Origin: a virus
Lineage: Duplodnaviria > Caudoviricetes
Strand: one strand, 5' to 3'
DNA length: 64,000 nt
IMG/VR virus record: IMGVR_UViG_3300020151_001495
Location: 1-64,000 of that record
Within the stretch, counting starts at the first letter, position 1. Every line of letters begins with the position of its first letter. The position numbers and the translations under genes are program-made. The notes below the pieces were generated by a model that had not been told where the DNA came from, searched no databases, and saw only the letters and a program-made list of their open reading frames with translations. This document shows positions 49,870-59,743 of the stretch, one piece after another.

Positions 49870-50874
49870 ACATCTGTATCAAAAAGCTACGCTCCTCCAA
49901 CTGATACTAATGGGAATATTTTCCAACAGCAAGGATTGTATTGGCCAGATAATATTACAACGTATGATATATTAAAAATTGAAATTGTAGATTTTACTCC
50001 AATAGCAGAAGCTGGATTAGGAGGTATTGCAGTAGATGCAGGTAGTACAGCAAGTCCAGGAACTTCTACTCAATATAAAGGAAGTTTGAGTAATGTTCAA
50101 TTATCATCAGTTGCAAGAACAAAAGCAAAAAAACCTCTTGCTACAGTACTGTTGCCAGTTCCAGATGCATTAAATTATACAGATAACATGCAATGGGATG
50201 AAGAATCCATAGGAGCAATCGGAAAAATACTTCCATCAATTGCAAAGGGATTTGTTGGATCAGACTCTGAACAAATGGGAGGAAATTTGACTAAATTGGC
50301 ACAGAATGGTTTGGCAGGAATGATATTATCAAATCTATCTAATCTGAATATTGGAATAAGTGGTGAAGGTCTTACTCAAGGTATTGCAGGAAAAGTATTA
50401 AATCCTTACAAAGAACAAATATTTAAGGGAGTTGGAATGAGAAACTTCAGCTTTAGCTGGAAGTTAGTGCCAAGAAATAAATCTGAGCAAAAGAGAATTG
50501 ATAATATTATTAAAGCATTAAGATTCCATGCACTTCCAAATTATAGTGGAGTATCTGCATTTGAAGGAGAAGAAGGAGGTGAGACTAGTTTCAATGAACT
50601 TAGTGACAGATGGTTGTCTGTTCCAAGAATATTCAATTTATCTTGGATGTATAATGAACAAAATAGTGAGATTAAAACTTTACCAAAAATTAAACCAGCG
50701 GTACTCACAAATATTGCTGTCAATTACACTCCAGATGGAGTTTGGGCAACTCACTACTCAAGTGATCTAGGACCATCTCCAGTAGCATACAATCTTCAAC
50801 TAGACTTCAAAGAAACAGAAATTATTACTGGATCAGAAGTAGTACCATTCGGAACAGGAGAGGGAGGATACTAA
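49867..50874 (+). CDS. gp48: baseplate tail tube cap gp48
   Basis: LP.P..L, NP..E..F.G...R.FSF.WKL.PRN..E, V.YTPDG, L.F.E.EI. Confidence 0.85.
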   Translation: MTSVSKSYAPPTDTNGNIFQQQGLYWPDNITTYDILKIEIVDFTPIAEAGLGGIAVDAGSTASPGTSTQYKGSLSNVQLSSVARTKAKKPLATVLLPVPDALNYTDNMQWDEESIGAIGKILPSIAKGFVGSDSEQMGGNLTKLAQNGLAGMILSNLSNLNIGISGEGLTQGIAGKVLNPYKEQIFKGVGMRNFSFSWKLVPRNKSEQKRIDNIIKALRFHALPNYSGVSAFEGEEGGETSFNELSDRWLSVPRIFNLSWMYNEQNSEIKTLPKIKPAVLTNIAVNYTPDGVWATHYSSDLGPSPVAYNLQLDFKETEIITGSEVVPFGTGEGGY

Positions 50875-50875
50875 G

Positions 50876-51544
50876 ATGTTTTTTAATTCTCAGCCTAATG
50901 TATATTATCCTCAATCTTCTGGGGGAGCAAAGTTATCCAAGAACTTATTTCGTAGAGTAAGATTTAGAGATAACTTAAATTCATTGTATATTAATTCCAC
51001 CAAGTATACAATTCAAGAAGGAGAAACTCCAGAAATCATCTCATATAATAAGTATCAATCTACAGAGTGGTATTGGACTATTCTACTTTTAAATAATATT
51101 ATCGATTTGAATAATGATTGGCCTGTAGATTCAGAAGAACTTGATAACTCTATAAATCAAAAATATGAAGATAATCAATTCAAAGTTCGTCACTGGGAAA
51201 CGTATCAGATAAAGAATTCAGCAGGAACTATTGTATTGCCTGGAGGAATTATAGTAGAACTATCTGCAGATACTACAGCTCAAAACTCTCCAACATACTA
51301 TCCAACATATTCATTTAAATATAATGATGCTGGAGTTACTAAAACTTTAACAGGTTCACAGGTATTGAAGCGAGTGACTCATAGAGACTACGAATACGAT
51401 AAGAACGAAAGCAAAAAAGAAATCTACCTGATTAAAAAACAATACCTAAGTAAAATGAAAATTGAAATTTCTAAATTATTTGCATACGATACAGAATATA
51501 ATATAGACGAACGAGGAGTCAGACTACCAGACATTAAGTATTAA
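50876..51544 (+). CDS. gp53: baseplate wedge subunit gp53
   Basis: KNLFRR, Y.I..GETPE.I...Y....YW.ILL.N.I....DWP, YE...NE.K..I. Confidence 0.88.
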   Translation: MFFNSQPNVYYPQSSGGAKLSKNLFRRVRFRDNLNSLYINSTKYTIQEGETPEIISYNKYQSTEWYWTILLLNNIIDLNNDWPVDSEELDNSINQKYEDNQFKVRHWETYQIKNSAGTIVLPGGIIVELSADTTAQNSPTYYPTYSFKYNDAGVTKTLTGSQVLKRVTHRDYEYDKNESKKEIYLIKKQYLSKMKIEISKLFAYDTEYNIDERGVRLPDIKY

Positions 51545-51573
51545 AAAAGGGGGCATAAGCCCCCAATTTTTTT
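51544..51573. terminator. bidirectional rho-independent terminator between convergent gp53 and gp32
   Basis: AAAAA-GGGGGC-ATAA-GCCCCC-AATTTTTTT. Confidence 0.85.
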
Positions 51574-51581
51574 AGTTAAAT

Positions 51582-52475
51582 TCAGTCTTCTTCTGCTAGA
51601 CGAGCGAAGTAACTTAGAGTATCATCTTCGTCATCATCAGATGAAGCCATGCGAGAAGAGATAGTTGGTCGAGTTACTTCTTCCTGAACAGTCTCTTCGT
51701 CTTCAAGAGTTTCAGTATCAACACGAGGCTTGGGTGCAGAACGAACATTTAGAACATTGTTCAACCGAGTCTCAAGTTCTTGATAACTCTTAAAGTTAGA
51801 TAGTGCAGTGAACTCATCTAGATTGTGAATCTTATTATAGATCTTTTCTAGTTGATCATCATCAAAGTCACCTAGAGTTCCAGAAGTAGAGAACTCAGAC
51901 TTATCGTAGTTCCAGTAACCTTCAACCTTACGAATCTTTAGCTTGAAGTCTGCTCCAGTCCAAAGATCAAATGGATTTACTGGAGTCTCGTCTGCAAATG
52001 CTGGTTGCATTGCTTCCATAATCTTGTCAAAGATTTTCTTACCGTACTTGTAGAGGAATACTTTACCTTCGTTTTCTGGATGTGCAGGATCTTTAACTAC
52101 ATAGATGTTGCTGTAATATGATAGCTTACGCTTTTGCTTACGAGCAGTTTCTTTATCTTTCTCATTACCACTATTCCATAGCTGACGATTCAGTTCACCA
52201 ACTGGATCTTTTTGATTGATAGTAGTAAGAGAGTTTTCGATATACCAACCACCAGGACCTTGGAATGCATGAGAATAAATCTTAGCCCAGGGAGTAGCAC
52301 TTTCTCCAGCAGCAGGAAGAAAGCGAATAATAGCGTAACCATTTCCAGCCTTGTCTACTTCTGGCTTCCATAGCCTTTCGTCAGAACTAGATTCAGTACT
52401 GGATTGCTTTTCCATCTCCTGAGTTAGCTTCTCAAATACAGAAGATGAGTTACGCTTGAGTGTTGCAAATGACAT
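51582..52475 (-). CDS. gp32: single-stranded DNA-binding protein gp32
   Basis: DERLWKP..DK.GNGYA.IRFLP, HAFQGPGGWYIENSLTT, GKVFLYKYGKKIFDKI, acidic tail. Confidence 0.96.
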   Translation of the reverse strand: MSFATLKRNSSSVFEKLTQEMEKQSSTESSSDERLWKPEVDKAGNGYAIIRFLPAAGESATPWAKIYSHAFQGPGGWYIENSLTTINQKDPVGELNRQLWNSGNEKDKETARKQKRKLSYYSNIYVVKDPAHPENEGKVFLYKYGKKIFDKIMEAMQPAFADETPVNPFDLWTGADFKLKIRKVEGYWNYDKSEFSTSGTLGDFDDDQLEKIYNKIHNLDEFTALSNFKSYQELETRLNNVLNVRSAPKPRVDTETLEDEETVQEEVTRPTISSRMASSDDDEDDTLSYFARLAEED

Positions 52476-52493
52476 TTAGATTCTCCGTATTAA

Positions 52494-52518
52494 TTGGATT
52501 AGTTGGATTAGTTGGATT
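52494..52518 (-). repeat. three 9-nt repeats (AATCCAACT) in the gp32 leader
   Basis: ttggatt at 52494, 52503 and 52512. Confidence 0.85.
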
Positions 52519-52543
52519 CAGCTTGTCCACCGAATACATGACT

Positions 52544-52572
52544 ATCATAGCAGGTTCAGGCTGGGTTGTCAA
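52544..52572 (-). promoter_or_regulatory. sigma70-type promoter for gp32
   Basis: TTGACA-17-TATGAT. Confidence 0.75.
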
Positions 52573-52891
52573 GCTTTTTCTTGGCCTCTGCAATTCCCTC
52601 TTTCATCTCTGAAAAGATTTGTGTCAGATCCATTCCTGGAGAAATTCCAAGAAAAATAGCAGACTGTTTTAACATTTCAGTAAATTCTTTGGCTTCTTTA
52701 TCTTCAGAATACTTAGCTCTAAAATAAAGAAACTCTTGTAATTCAACCAGCCGTTCAAGTTTGTTTAAACATTCTATTTTAGATTCAATTGTTCTGTCCA
52801 AAGAATTTTTCAATGCTTCACGTATGTCTTCATACAGAGACATCATTTCTACGAGTTCATCACGAATTATTTCTTGTTCAAAAAATTTCAT
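52556..52891 (-). CDS. conserved cyanophage protein (DUF1825-like)
   Basis: FF..E....E...L.E.Q...Y.R...S.D.EA pattern; synteny upstream of gp32. Confidence 0.7.
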   Translation of the reverse strand: MKFFEQEIIRDELVEMMSLYEDIREALKNSLDRTIESKIECLNKLERLVELQEFLYFRAKYSEDKEAKEFTEMLKQSAIFLGISPGMDLTQIFSEMKEGIAEAKKKLDNPA

Positions 52892-53475
52892 AATTGAATT
52901 TGATCTAATAGAATATGTTTATATTTAGGTTTGTCTACAGAAATGAAAGGTTCGTATTTTACTACCTTTCGTTTTAGATCTGGCCAGATAACTGGCTCTG
53001 TAATAGTAGCATCAAAATCTTTGACATAGTTTAATAATACGTTTAGTATAACTAGTGTTTCTAGAGATATAGATTTTGATAGGTACTTTACAATGATGGG
53101 TGGATGGGTATGAGAGACTTTAAATATATCTTCAAAACAATTATCATTCAACAATACCAGAACATCACGTTTGAATGTATCTGGCATTAATTTAATTTTT
53201 TGTTTCCATCTAGGATATACTGTAGAATTTTCAATGCGAGATATATTTCCAATCCAGGTACTTTCATCGCCAACAAAATTAGCAATGAAATATTCAATGA
53301 GTTCTTCTCTAGAATATTTCATTGCTAATTTTTTAAAAAAGTATACATCTTTTCTTTTTTCAAAAGCTTTCATAGAAGCTTTTGTTTTTCCACAACATTT
53401 AAAATAATCAAATCTATCTGTAGTAAAATGTAATTTTATTGCAAGATATAATTTATATACTTCAAATGGATTCAT
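52888..53475 (-). CDS. gp59: helicase loader gp59-like
   Basis: FEVYK.YLA.K.HFT...DYFK..GK.......F.KRKD.YFF.KL; ISLETL. Confidence 0.85.
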   Translation of the reverse strand: MNPFEVYKLYLAIKLHFTTDRFDYFKCCGKTKASMKAFEKRKDVYFFKKLAMKYSREELIEYFIANFVGDESTWIGNISRIENSTVYPRWKQKIKLMPDTFKRDVLVLLNDNCFEDIFKVSHTHPPIIVKYLSKSISLETLVILNVLLNYVKDFDATITEPVIWPDLKRKVVKYEPFISVDKPKYKHILLDQIQL

Positions 53476-53756
53476 AGGGGCAATCTTGCTCTAGAAGATC
53501 TTTTCATAAAATTCATACGTTGAGCATCAAATTTCAGTTTTTCCTTAAGAGGTTTGGAAATAAGTTTAGATACATTTTCTAATTCAATATTATGTGATTC
53601 GCAATAAACAAGAATAGCTTCAATATAGTTGAGACCACCTTGATTAGAACGAACGATTTCTTCAACTTCCATAGAGAATTTTGTAGCAGTCATAAATTTG
53701 TCTTCAATAAATTGTTCAAAAGTTTCGCCATTTTTAGTGGATTTACGTTGTTCCAT
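53472..53756 (-). CDS. gp33: late transcription coactivator gp33
   Basis: F...VE..V....NYI.AI..YCE...IE.E.V.KLISKPLKEKL. Confidence 0.88.
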   Translation of the reverse strand: MEQRKSTKNGETFEQFIEDKFMTATKFSMEVEEIVRSNQGGLNYIEAILVYCESHNIELENVSKLISKPLKEKLKFDAQRMNFMKRSSRARLPL

Positions 53757-54427
53757 TAGAACTTAAGCATTTGGTTATTCCATTCTTTAATATAATCTAG
53801 AAGTACATTCATATAATGTTTGATATCGTATTCCTGAAAGACTTGAATTTCTCCATCCTCACATGCAATTAGAGTTACGAGTTTCTTTACTTTAACCCCA
53901 GTACGTTCATAATACATCATTGCATATGCACATTCCTGAGCTATGTAATTGTCAATCCATTCTCTCTTCTTTGGTTCAGTAGATGTTTTGAAATCTATAA
54001 TTGCAAGCTCATTCTCGTATTCTGCAATGCAATCGACTCTTCCTGCAAGCTTTAATTTATCGCTATACAGCGCCCCCTCTAGAGTATGGATATTATTAAT
54101 TTTATCTAGAAAAGGTTTTATACATTTAAACATGTATAAAGGGAGTACTTTATCCTTGTACTTCTCTTCATTGAATATATTATTTAGGTAATCTTCATTC
54201 ATTAGATGAAAATTAGTTCCCCTAAGTGCAGCTCTGGAAGAAATACGATTAGCTTCTTTTTCTCCTACTCTTTTTCTCCATTCAAGAATAGACTTCTTTT
54301 TCATGGCTCCTATAACAGTAGTAACGGAGGGATATTTGTTACCTTCTGGAGTAACATACATCCTTCCGTTATTTGTGGTTATAGATTGTAGATCAATTAA
54401 AGGAGCATTATTTAAATGTACAAACAT
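53756..54427 (-). CDS. PD-(D/E)XK exonuclease
   Basis: YPSVTTV, RGT.FH, LYS..L..AGRVDCIAEY...L.IIDFKTS. Confidence 0.88.
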   Translation of the reverse strand: MFVHLNNAPLIDLQSITTNNGRMYVTPEGNKYPSVTTVIGAMKKKSILEWRKRVGEKEANRISSRAALRGTNFHLMNEDYLNNIFNEEKYKDKVLPLYMFKCIKPFLDKINNIHTLEGALYSDKLKLAGRVDCIAEYENELAIIDFKTSTEPKKREWIDNYIAQECAYAMMYYERTGVKVKKLVTLIACEDGEIQVFQEYDIKHYMNVLLDYIKEWNNQMLKF

Positions 54428-55182
54428 TACAATCCTAAATTCATTTTACTAATTAGATAACTCTTGATTAGTCCAGAACGAACGATATCTGGAATTCCAA
54501 ATTCTACCATAGAAAACTCTTCCATGGTCTGAAGAATACTCATAAAGTTAAGAATACCATTCCTTTCATTGGTCTTAACTAAGTCTGTCTGATTTACATC
54601 GCCGCAGAAAATAATTTTAGTATCTTGACCAACACGAGTGATGATAGAATCTAATTCATGGAAATTAAGATTCTGACTTTCATCCACAATAATGATACAA
54701 TTATCAAGTGTAGTTCCTCTAATAAAAGAAGTAGACCAAAAACTAATAGTTCCTTGATTTTTCAGATTGCCATATAGCATCTCAAAGGATGCTTCGTCTG
54801 GCATCTCAAACATATATTTTACCATATTCTTATATGGAATCTGGTAAAGACTTGATTTATCTTCATGATCACCAGGAAGAAAACCAATTTCTCTTGTAGA
54901 AACTAAAGAACGAACCATATAAACTTTGTCATATGGTGTCTTTTCATTGAGTACATCCTTTAGTGCAAGATACAAACTAATGAAAGTTTTTCCAGTTCCT
55001 GCAGCACCATAAAGAAATAGATTCTTATCATTCAAGTATTCTTCAAATACCTTTTCTTGAGCTGGAGTAAGAGCAGAGATATCTCTCATGTGCTCACTAT
55101 CAATTGGCTTTTTCCTTCTCATTTTTTTAGCTGGCATATCAGCGAAGGTTTGGTCATTTTTTCTTCTGCGTGAACTTGTCAT
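54427..55182 (-). CDS. phoH: PhoH-family ATPase
   Basis: GAAGTGKT, IGFLPG, SFIRGTT, IIVDESQN, TRVG, GD..Q.DL, DIVRS. Confidence 0.95.
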   Translation of the reverse strand: MTSSRRRKNDQTFADMPAKKMRRKKPIDSEHMRDISALTPAQEKVFEEYLNDKNLFLYGAAGTGKTFISLYLALKDVLNEKTPYDKVYMVRSLVSTREIGFLPGDHEDKSSLYQIPYKNMVKYMFEMPDEASFEMLYGNLKNQGTISFWSTSFIRGTTLDNCIIIVDESQNLNFHELDSIITRVGQDTKIIFCGDVNQTDLVKTNERNGILNFMSILQTMEEFSMVEFGIPDIVRSGLIKSYLISKMNLGL

Positions 55183-55409
55183 ACGTCAATAGTCGAATGT
55201 GCATGGTTTGTTTTGATGCGACGAAGAACGTCTTTAAAGGTATCAGGAGCTTTGTTTTTTAACTCTCCAACTCCTCCCACTACGTTTATTCCCGTAGGAA
55301 CTTGCGTAAGGTGTGGATTTTCTGCCAGGTACGTTTCTCGTTCAGCCATGTACATCCATTTATCAAAATGTTCACCTGTGTTATTATCTCTAAATCTATA
55401 AGTTGGCAA
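55179..55409 (-). CDS. FmdB-like conserved phage protein (MPTYRF...)
   Basis: TTG start after GGAGG; PTY.F..TGE pattern. Confidence 0.7.
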   Translation of the reverse strand: MPTYRFRDNNTGEHFDKWMYMAERETYLAENPHLTQVPTGINVVGGVGELKNKAPDTFKDVLRRIKTNHAHSTIDV

Positions 55410-55410
55410 G

Positions 55411-55956
55411 TTATACCTCCATTGTGTTAAACCATTCAGGAATTGTGGCGGGAGATTTCCATTTCGCAAAAGAAACTTTTTCTCCAATATAATAATTGCG
55501 ATAAGACTGAATTGTGTCAGTTTCCTTATATTTATCGGGCATTGCAGGTGGAGGATCCGACCAACCCAAATTAGGAAGATTAGTGGGAGGATACTTTAGA
55601 TATGCCTTCAAAGACTCAGTAGCATGAAACTTGCCATATCTCCTGGTGTACTCGATGCAACACTGCTCAAAGAGTTCGTAGAGCCACTTATAATGTGATC
55701 TAGAACTCCTAGCCCAGACAGCAGAAGGGTGGTTAATATGACAAGCTTTATAGAGATTTGATTCTCTTGGCTCATCAAGTTTGAATCGTTTGACTTTACG
55801 ATTCTTTTCAGTAAGTTCAACATAACCAATACCGTCAAGAACTCGATGAGCAGTTGATAGAAGTTGTGCATACTCAACAATCATTTTAACTACATGTTTG
55901 TCACAATGCTCTTGGGCACAAATTGTAGGATTGTAATCTAGATAAAAAATGTTCAT
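55411..55956 (-). CDS. pyrimidine-dimer DNA glycosylase / endonuclease V family protein
   Basis: MNIF.L...P...A..H.DKHVVKM..E.AQLLSTAH, H.NHP..W, EYT.RYGK.H. Confidence 0.8.
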   Translation of the reverse strand: MNIFYLDYNPTICAQEHCDKHVVKMIVEYAQLLSTAHRVLDGIGYVELTEKNRKVKRFKLDEPRESNLYKACHINHPSAVWARSSRSHYKWLYELFEQCCIEYTRRYGKFHATESLKAYLKYPPTNLPNLGWSDPPPAMPDKYKETDTIQSYRNYYIGEKVSFAKWKSPATIPEWFNTMEV

Positions 55957-55974
55957 AATAAAGGGAGATTCACA

Positions 55975-56637
55975 TTACCATTCTAGTGCTTCTGCAACGT
56001 CAGGGAAGCAGGTTTTAAAGACATCTTTACATTCGTTTGCAATGTCCATATGTTCTTTCTGGGTTCCGTTTGAAGATCGTAGATTGATATAATGAATCCA
56101 TGACCTGGCTGAGCCCTTCATATAAATTCTTGTTGGTGTTGCTAAAGGAAGCACAAACCTTGCACATTCCTTTGCCACGCCCTTCTCAAGCAGACGGTTA
56201 TAAAGATTCTGACCTTGCTGGAAGTACTCAGAAATCTCACCCTGCAGTCCTAGTTTCACATACTCACCAAGATCATCAGTAGAGTTTTGACGATTTTTGG
56301 TATCTTGACGACGAAGATCTGGGACAGATGGCCTATCAGTAAGAAGTTTGGTATCTGCATACCGTTGTGAAAATTCTTGAAATGTAAATGAACGGTGACG
56401 AAGCACCTGGGCCGCTATACCTCTAGTGGTATTAATCTCTAGAGTCATATCAGCTTGTTCAAAGATGCTCCAGTGATTCTCTCGAATACAATAACGAAGA
56501 AGTCCTGCAGCAGTATCAAACTTTTCTTGGTTTGCTGGATTACTTACACGAGCAGTATAAGTAATCACTTCTTGGGCTGTCTTACCTTCTAGTTTACCAG
56601 CACCTTGACTTAACGAAATCAAAAAAACATTGCTCAT
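55975..56637 (-). CDS. thyX: flavin-dependent thymidylate synthase
   Basis: ARVSNP, HWS.FE, LRHRSFTFQEFSQRY, AKECARFVLP, TQKEH; start at MSNVFL. Confidence 0.95.
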   Translation of the reverse strand: MSNVFLISLSQGAGKLEGKTAQEVITYTARVSNPANQEKFDTAAGLLRYCIRENHWSIFEQADMTLEINTTRGIAAQVLRHRSFTFQEFSQRYADTKLLTDRPSVPDLRRQDTKNRQNSTDDLGEYVKLGLQGEISEYFQQGQNLYNRLLEKGVAKECARFVLPLATPTRIYMKGSARSWIHYINLRSSNGTQKEHMDIANECKDVFKTCFPDVAEALEW

Positions 56638-56639
56638 AG

Positions 56640-56897
56640 TTACTTTTTCTTTTTGGGTTCCTTTGGTTCTATTCCCCATAGTTTGGGATTGACCTTGCCA
56701 TCGGTCCAGCGGATGTCTTTCAGACCTTCACGGTACTTGTCCCAGTACATGTCGAAGATCTGAGCCCGCTTGTTACATACTATTATATCATACTTGGTTT
56801 GGTTGTCAACCTCATAGGTGACGATATAAGAGTTTAGTGGTAACGTCTTATCCTTGGCTAAACTTTTATCGCAATCTAAGTGTACAATTTTACACAT
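56640..56897 (-). CDS. conserved cyanophage hypothetical protein
   Basis: LP..SY.V.Y...IFD.YWDKY...G..NPKLWG. Confidence 0.75.
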   Translation of the reverse strand: MCKIVHLDCDKSLAKDKTLPLNSYIVTYEVDNQTKYDIIVCNKRAQIFDMYWDKYREGLKDIRWTDGKVNPKLWGIEPKEPKKKK

Positions 56898-56898
56898 G

Positions 56899-57351
56899 TC
56901 ACGACCTATTCCCCCACTGGATTTCTGGGTATGCTTCTTCTATAGCATTCTTGGTGATCTTATATCTCTTGCCAAGTTTCTTGTCTTTGACCAGGCAAAG
57001 AACAGAAGCTTCATCCTTGTGTAAAGCTTCTAAAAGTTGAATGAACATTAGTTCTCGCTTTGAACTAGGAAGACCATCGTTTCCTCCTTGTACAAAGTTA
57101 TACAGAATACGATACTCATGTAGTAGTCTTGTATGTTCTGTATCAATCGGAACATCATTCGCTGTATATGGAACTTCTCCCACTGGGAGCATTGACTTAA
57201 TGCTTTCGTCAAAATTCCAGATTAAAAGTGATTGAAGTGCTGGGGTCTTGTACTTTTTTAGTAGTGCTACCTTTTCAGCTTTGGTTTTTGCATTTGATAT
57301 TTTTTGAAGAACTTCAGATAGCAGAAGTCTTTCTACAGGCAATTCAGACAT
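56899..57351 (-). CDS. conserved T4-like protein (DUF6433-like)
   Basis: WNFD..I.S.LP.G.VPY, KRE.MFIQLLE.LH..EA. Confidence 0.75.
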   Translation of the reverse strand: MSELPVERLLLSEVLQKISNAKTKAEKVALLKKYKTPALQSLLIWNFDESIKSMLPVGEVPYTANDVPIDTEHTRLLHEYRILYNFVQGGNDGLPSSKRELMFIQLLEALHKDEASVLCLVKDKKLGKRYKITKNAIEEAYPEIQWGNRS

Positions 57352-57353
57352 GG

Positions 57354-58232
57354 TTAAAATTCCTCCATTTCATTTAATAAAAATACTAGTTTATGATCAA
57401 TAAAATAGTTAATTGATACATGTGGTAACTTATTACTATTTAACTGTTCAAATTCTTCTATAATTTTAGATTCAATCTCTCCAGGTATCATACTAAAATC
57501 AATTAGTTTAAGATTTCTATGATAGTTAGAAAGTTGTTCTGTATTGCAATAACTTTCTGGTTCAGAATTTATCCATTTTTCAATATTCTTTTTACTGATT
57601 GGTTTCTGTCTTTTTCCAGTTACAAACGTATCAGATGCAGATAAAAAATTTGGAATTCCATCTGACCTATCACCTTTTATTACATGTTCTTTTATGTAAT
57701 TCTTTGCGTTTATTTCGGTGATGTACTTCTTTTGTACTGGATTATATTGAGAAGCACATGGATACTTCTTTAATTGAATAAAATCTTTATCACCAGAAAG
57801 TATTAAAACTTTTTCTTTTGGTAGATTTTGTTTTTCTCTTTTTATATTTTGTAGAGTGACATATTTTGTCATAGTGGCAATAATGTCATCAGCCTCTGCT
57901 CCATATACTTCTAATACAATATATGGAAAGTTGTCTCGAATCTCATCTCGAATTTTATTTAATATATCGAAAATTTGAGACCAATTATGGGTTGACTTCT
58001 CTCTATCTTTTTTTCTATTCTGTTTATAATATGGAAAAAATTCTTTTCTCCAATAGTGTTTACTATCGTAACAAAGAACTAGATCACCATATTCTGCATG
58101 GAACTTTTTTTTGTAGGATTTGATAGCAACCAAAACCATATGACGAACCATATTTTCATCTAGTTCATCAGCATTTTTTATTTGCATCATTAAATTACTA
58201 ATCATGCACTGATTCATATCGACAAGAATCAT
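57354..58232 (-). CDS. rnh: T4-type RNase H (5'-3' exonuclease)
   Basis: ILVD, YWRK..FPYYK..RK, EADDII, ILSGDKDF.QL, GD.SDGIPN. Confidence 0.93.
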   Translation of the reverse strand: MILVDMNQCMISNLMMQIKNADELDENMVRHMVLVAIKSYKKKFHAEYGDLVLCYDSKHYWRKEFFPYYKQNRKKDREKSTHNWSQIFDILNKIRDEIRDNFPYIVLEVYGAEADDIIATMTKYVTLQNIKREKQNLPKEKVLILSGDKDFIQLKKYPCASQYNPVQKKYITEINAKNYIKEHVIKGDRSDGIPNFLSASDTFVTGKRQKPISKKNIEKWINSEPESYCNTEQLSNYHRNLKLIDFSMIPGEIESKIIEEFEQLNSNKLPHVSINYFIDHKLVFLLNEMEEF

Positions 58233-58235
58233 AAG

Positions 58236-58469
58236 TTAATCCTCTTCTTCATCATCCTCTTCTTCTTCGAAACGAACTGCAATTAATTCTTCTGTTATAT
58301 AGTTACCATTTTCATCATACATTTCTGGATGGGAATTTGGTGATGCAGAAGAAATAGGATTGAAGTATTCATTAGCAAACCATCCGAATACCATTCCTAT
58401 CATAAAACTCAATACAATTAAAACTAATCCAATAGTCAAAACAGATACTAGAACTAGTAAACTTGACAT
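58236..58469 (-). CDS. membrane protein with an acidic tail
   Basis: N-terminal TM; HPEMYDENG. Confidence 0.75.
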   Translation of the reverse strand: MSSLLVLVSVLTIGLVLIVLSFMIGMVFGWFANEYFNPISSASPNSHPEMYDENGNYITEELIAVRFEEEEDDEEED

Positions 58470-58491
58470 GGCTCTACTCCTTTATCTACTG

Positions 58492-58662
58492 TTAAGTATT
58501 AACGTCGTTGATGAAGATTTTAACCTCAACTCGGTAGATTTTTCGGAGAAATGAAACTACCCTGAGAAAGTGAAAGTTAGGCTTTTCTTGAAAAGTCTGT
58601 TTCCTCCCACTTAGCATTGCCATTACATTTTTATTTAGGTACTTTTCTGGAATTGAATTCAT
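58492..58662 (-). CDS. small basic hypothetical protein (56 aa; not in ORF track)
   Basis: Manual translation MNSIPEKYLNKNVMAMLSGRK...; ATGA overlap. Confidence 0.5.
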   Translation of the reverse strand: MNSIPEKYLNKNVMAMLSGRKQTFQEKPNFHFLRVVSFLRKIYRVEVKIFINDVNT

Positions 58663-59369
58663 TTAATTGTTTTCATAAAAATTTGTTTTATATTAGTTCT
58701 TCCAGTAGGAACCTTTGGTTTTGTAGTTAGATGAGATACAATATTTTCAATATTGTATTTTGAGCAAGAACTAATCTCAGGAAGAAACTCTTCAGGATTT
58801 CTAATCTTTCGAACCCAAGACTTGTCAGGATCAAATCCAGTGATTAAAGTTCTTCGAACACCAAGAGATCTACCAGTATAATAAGTAAGCTCCCTAGTTT
58901 CTACATTGTATAGAAAAATATGCTTTGAATTTAAAAGCTCAGTTGTAGGTAGTGACTTGTATGTAGTTGAACCAAGAGTAAGATCATCAGAATAAAAACT
59001 AATGTACTTAAGTAGTTTATCTGGTGAAGTACTTTTCCGTTTACGAATAATCTTTTTATTATCTTTGTACTTATAAAGATCATCAACAATTTGTTCTAAA
59101 AATTCTTTAAAATCTCTGAGTTCAGATTTTCTAAAATTTCCATAACCTTCTTTTACTTGAGGGTCTTCACCACTCATTGCAATCTCAAGTTCTTTAATTT
59201 GATATTCAATTCCATTAGCTTTAGTATCAACAAAATTATTGATAGTTCGTCTATCAATATTTTCAGATTGTAGGAATTTAATAAAATTAGCTTTTGGCTT
59301 CTTTCGTTGAATTACAAAATCATCGATAAGAATATCAATGAATGAAGAAATCTCACAAACTTTGTTCAT
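58659..59369 (-). CDS. conserved T4-like hypothetical protein
   Basis: 236-aa ORF coupled to glutaredoxin. Confidence 0.75.
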   Translation of the reverse strand: MNKVCEISSFIDILIDDFVIQRKKPKANFIKFLQSENIDRRTINNFVDTKANGIEYQIKELEIAMSGEDPQVKEGYGNFRKSELRDFKEFLEQIVDDLYKYKDNKKIIRKRKSTSPDKLLKYISFYSDDLTLGSTTYKSLPTTELLNSKHIFLYNVETRELTYYTGRSLGVRRTLITGFDPDKSWVRKIRNPEEFLPEISSCSKYNIENIVSHLTTKPKVPTGRTNIKQIFMKTIK

Positions 59370-59602
59370 ACAATACCATTCTCCATAAGATACTTTACAG
59401 TTTCAGATGCACCACCAATTAGGTTTCCATCAATCAATACTCGGGGAAAAGTAGAACCTTCTCCAAATTCCGAAATAAAATTATCTCGATCAAAATGATC
59501 TCCTAGTTTATACTCTACATAGGCAACATTTTGAATATTAAAAACAGTTTTAATTTTTTCGCAATAAGGACAGTCATCCTTAGTGTACAGTACTACATCC
59601 AT
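59366..59602 (-). CDS. nrdC: glutaredoxin
   Basis: CPYC, TFPRV, IGG. Confidence 0.92.
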   Translation of the reverse strand: MDVVLYTKDDCPYCEKIKTVFNIQNVAYVEYKLGDHFDRDNFISEFGEGSTFPRVLIDGNLIGGASETVKYLMENGIV

Positions 59603-59628
59603 AGGTCGCTGGAATTCTATTCCTATGT

Positions 59629-59657
59629 ATTATAGCACACTGGCTGGGAAAAATCAA
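59629..59657 (-). promoter_or_regulatory. sigma70-type promoter
   Basis: TTGATT-17-TATAAT with TG extension. Confidence 0.65.
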
Positions 59658-59661
59658 GGGA

Positions 59662-59743
59662 TGGGCAGGGAGGGATTTGAACCCCCGTAGGCAGAGCCAG
59701 CGGATTTACAGTCCGCCTCCATTAACCACTCGGACACCTACCC
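59662..59743 (-). tRNA. trnY-GTA: tRNA-Tyr(GTA)
   Basis: GGGTAGG/CCTGCCC acceptor stem, GCGGA-CTGTAAA-TCCGC, GGTTCAAATCC. Confidence 0.95.
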
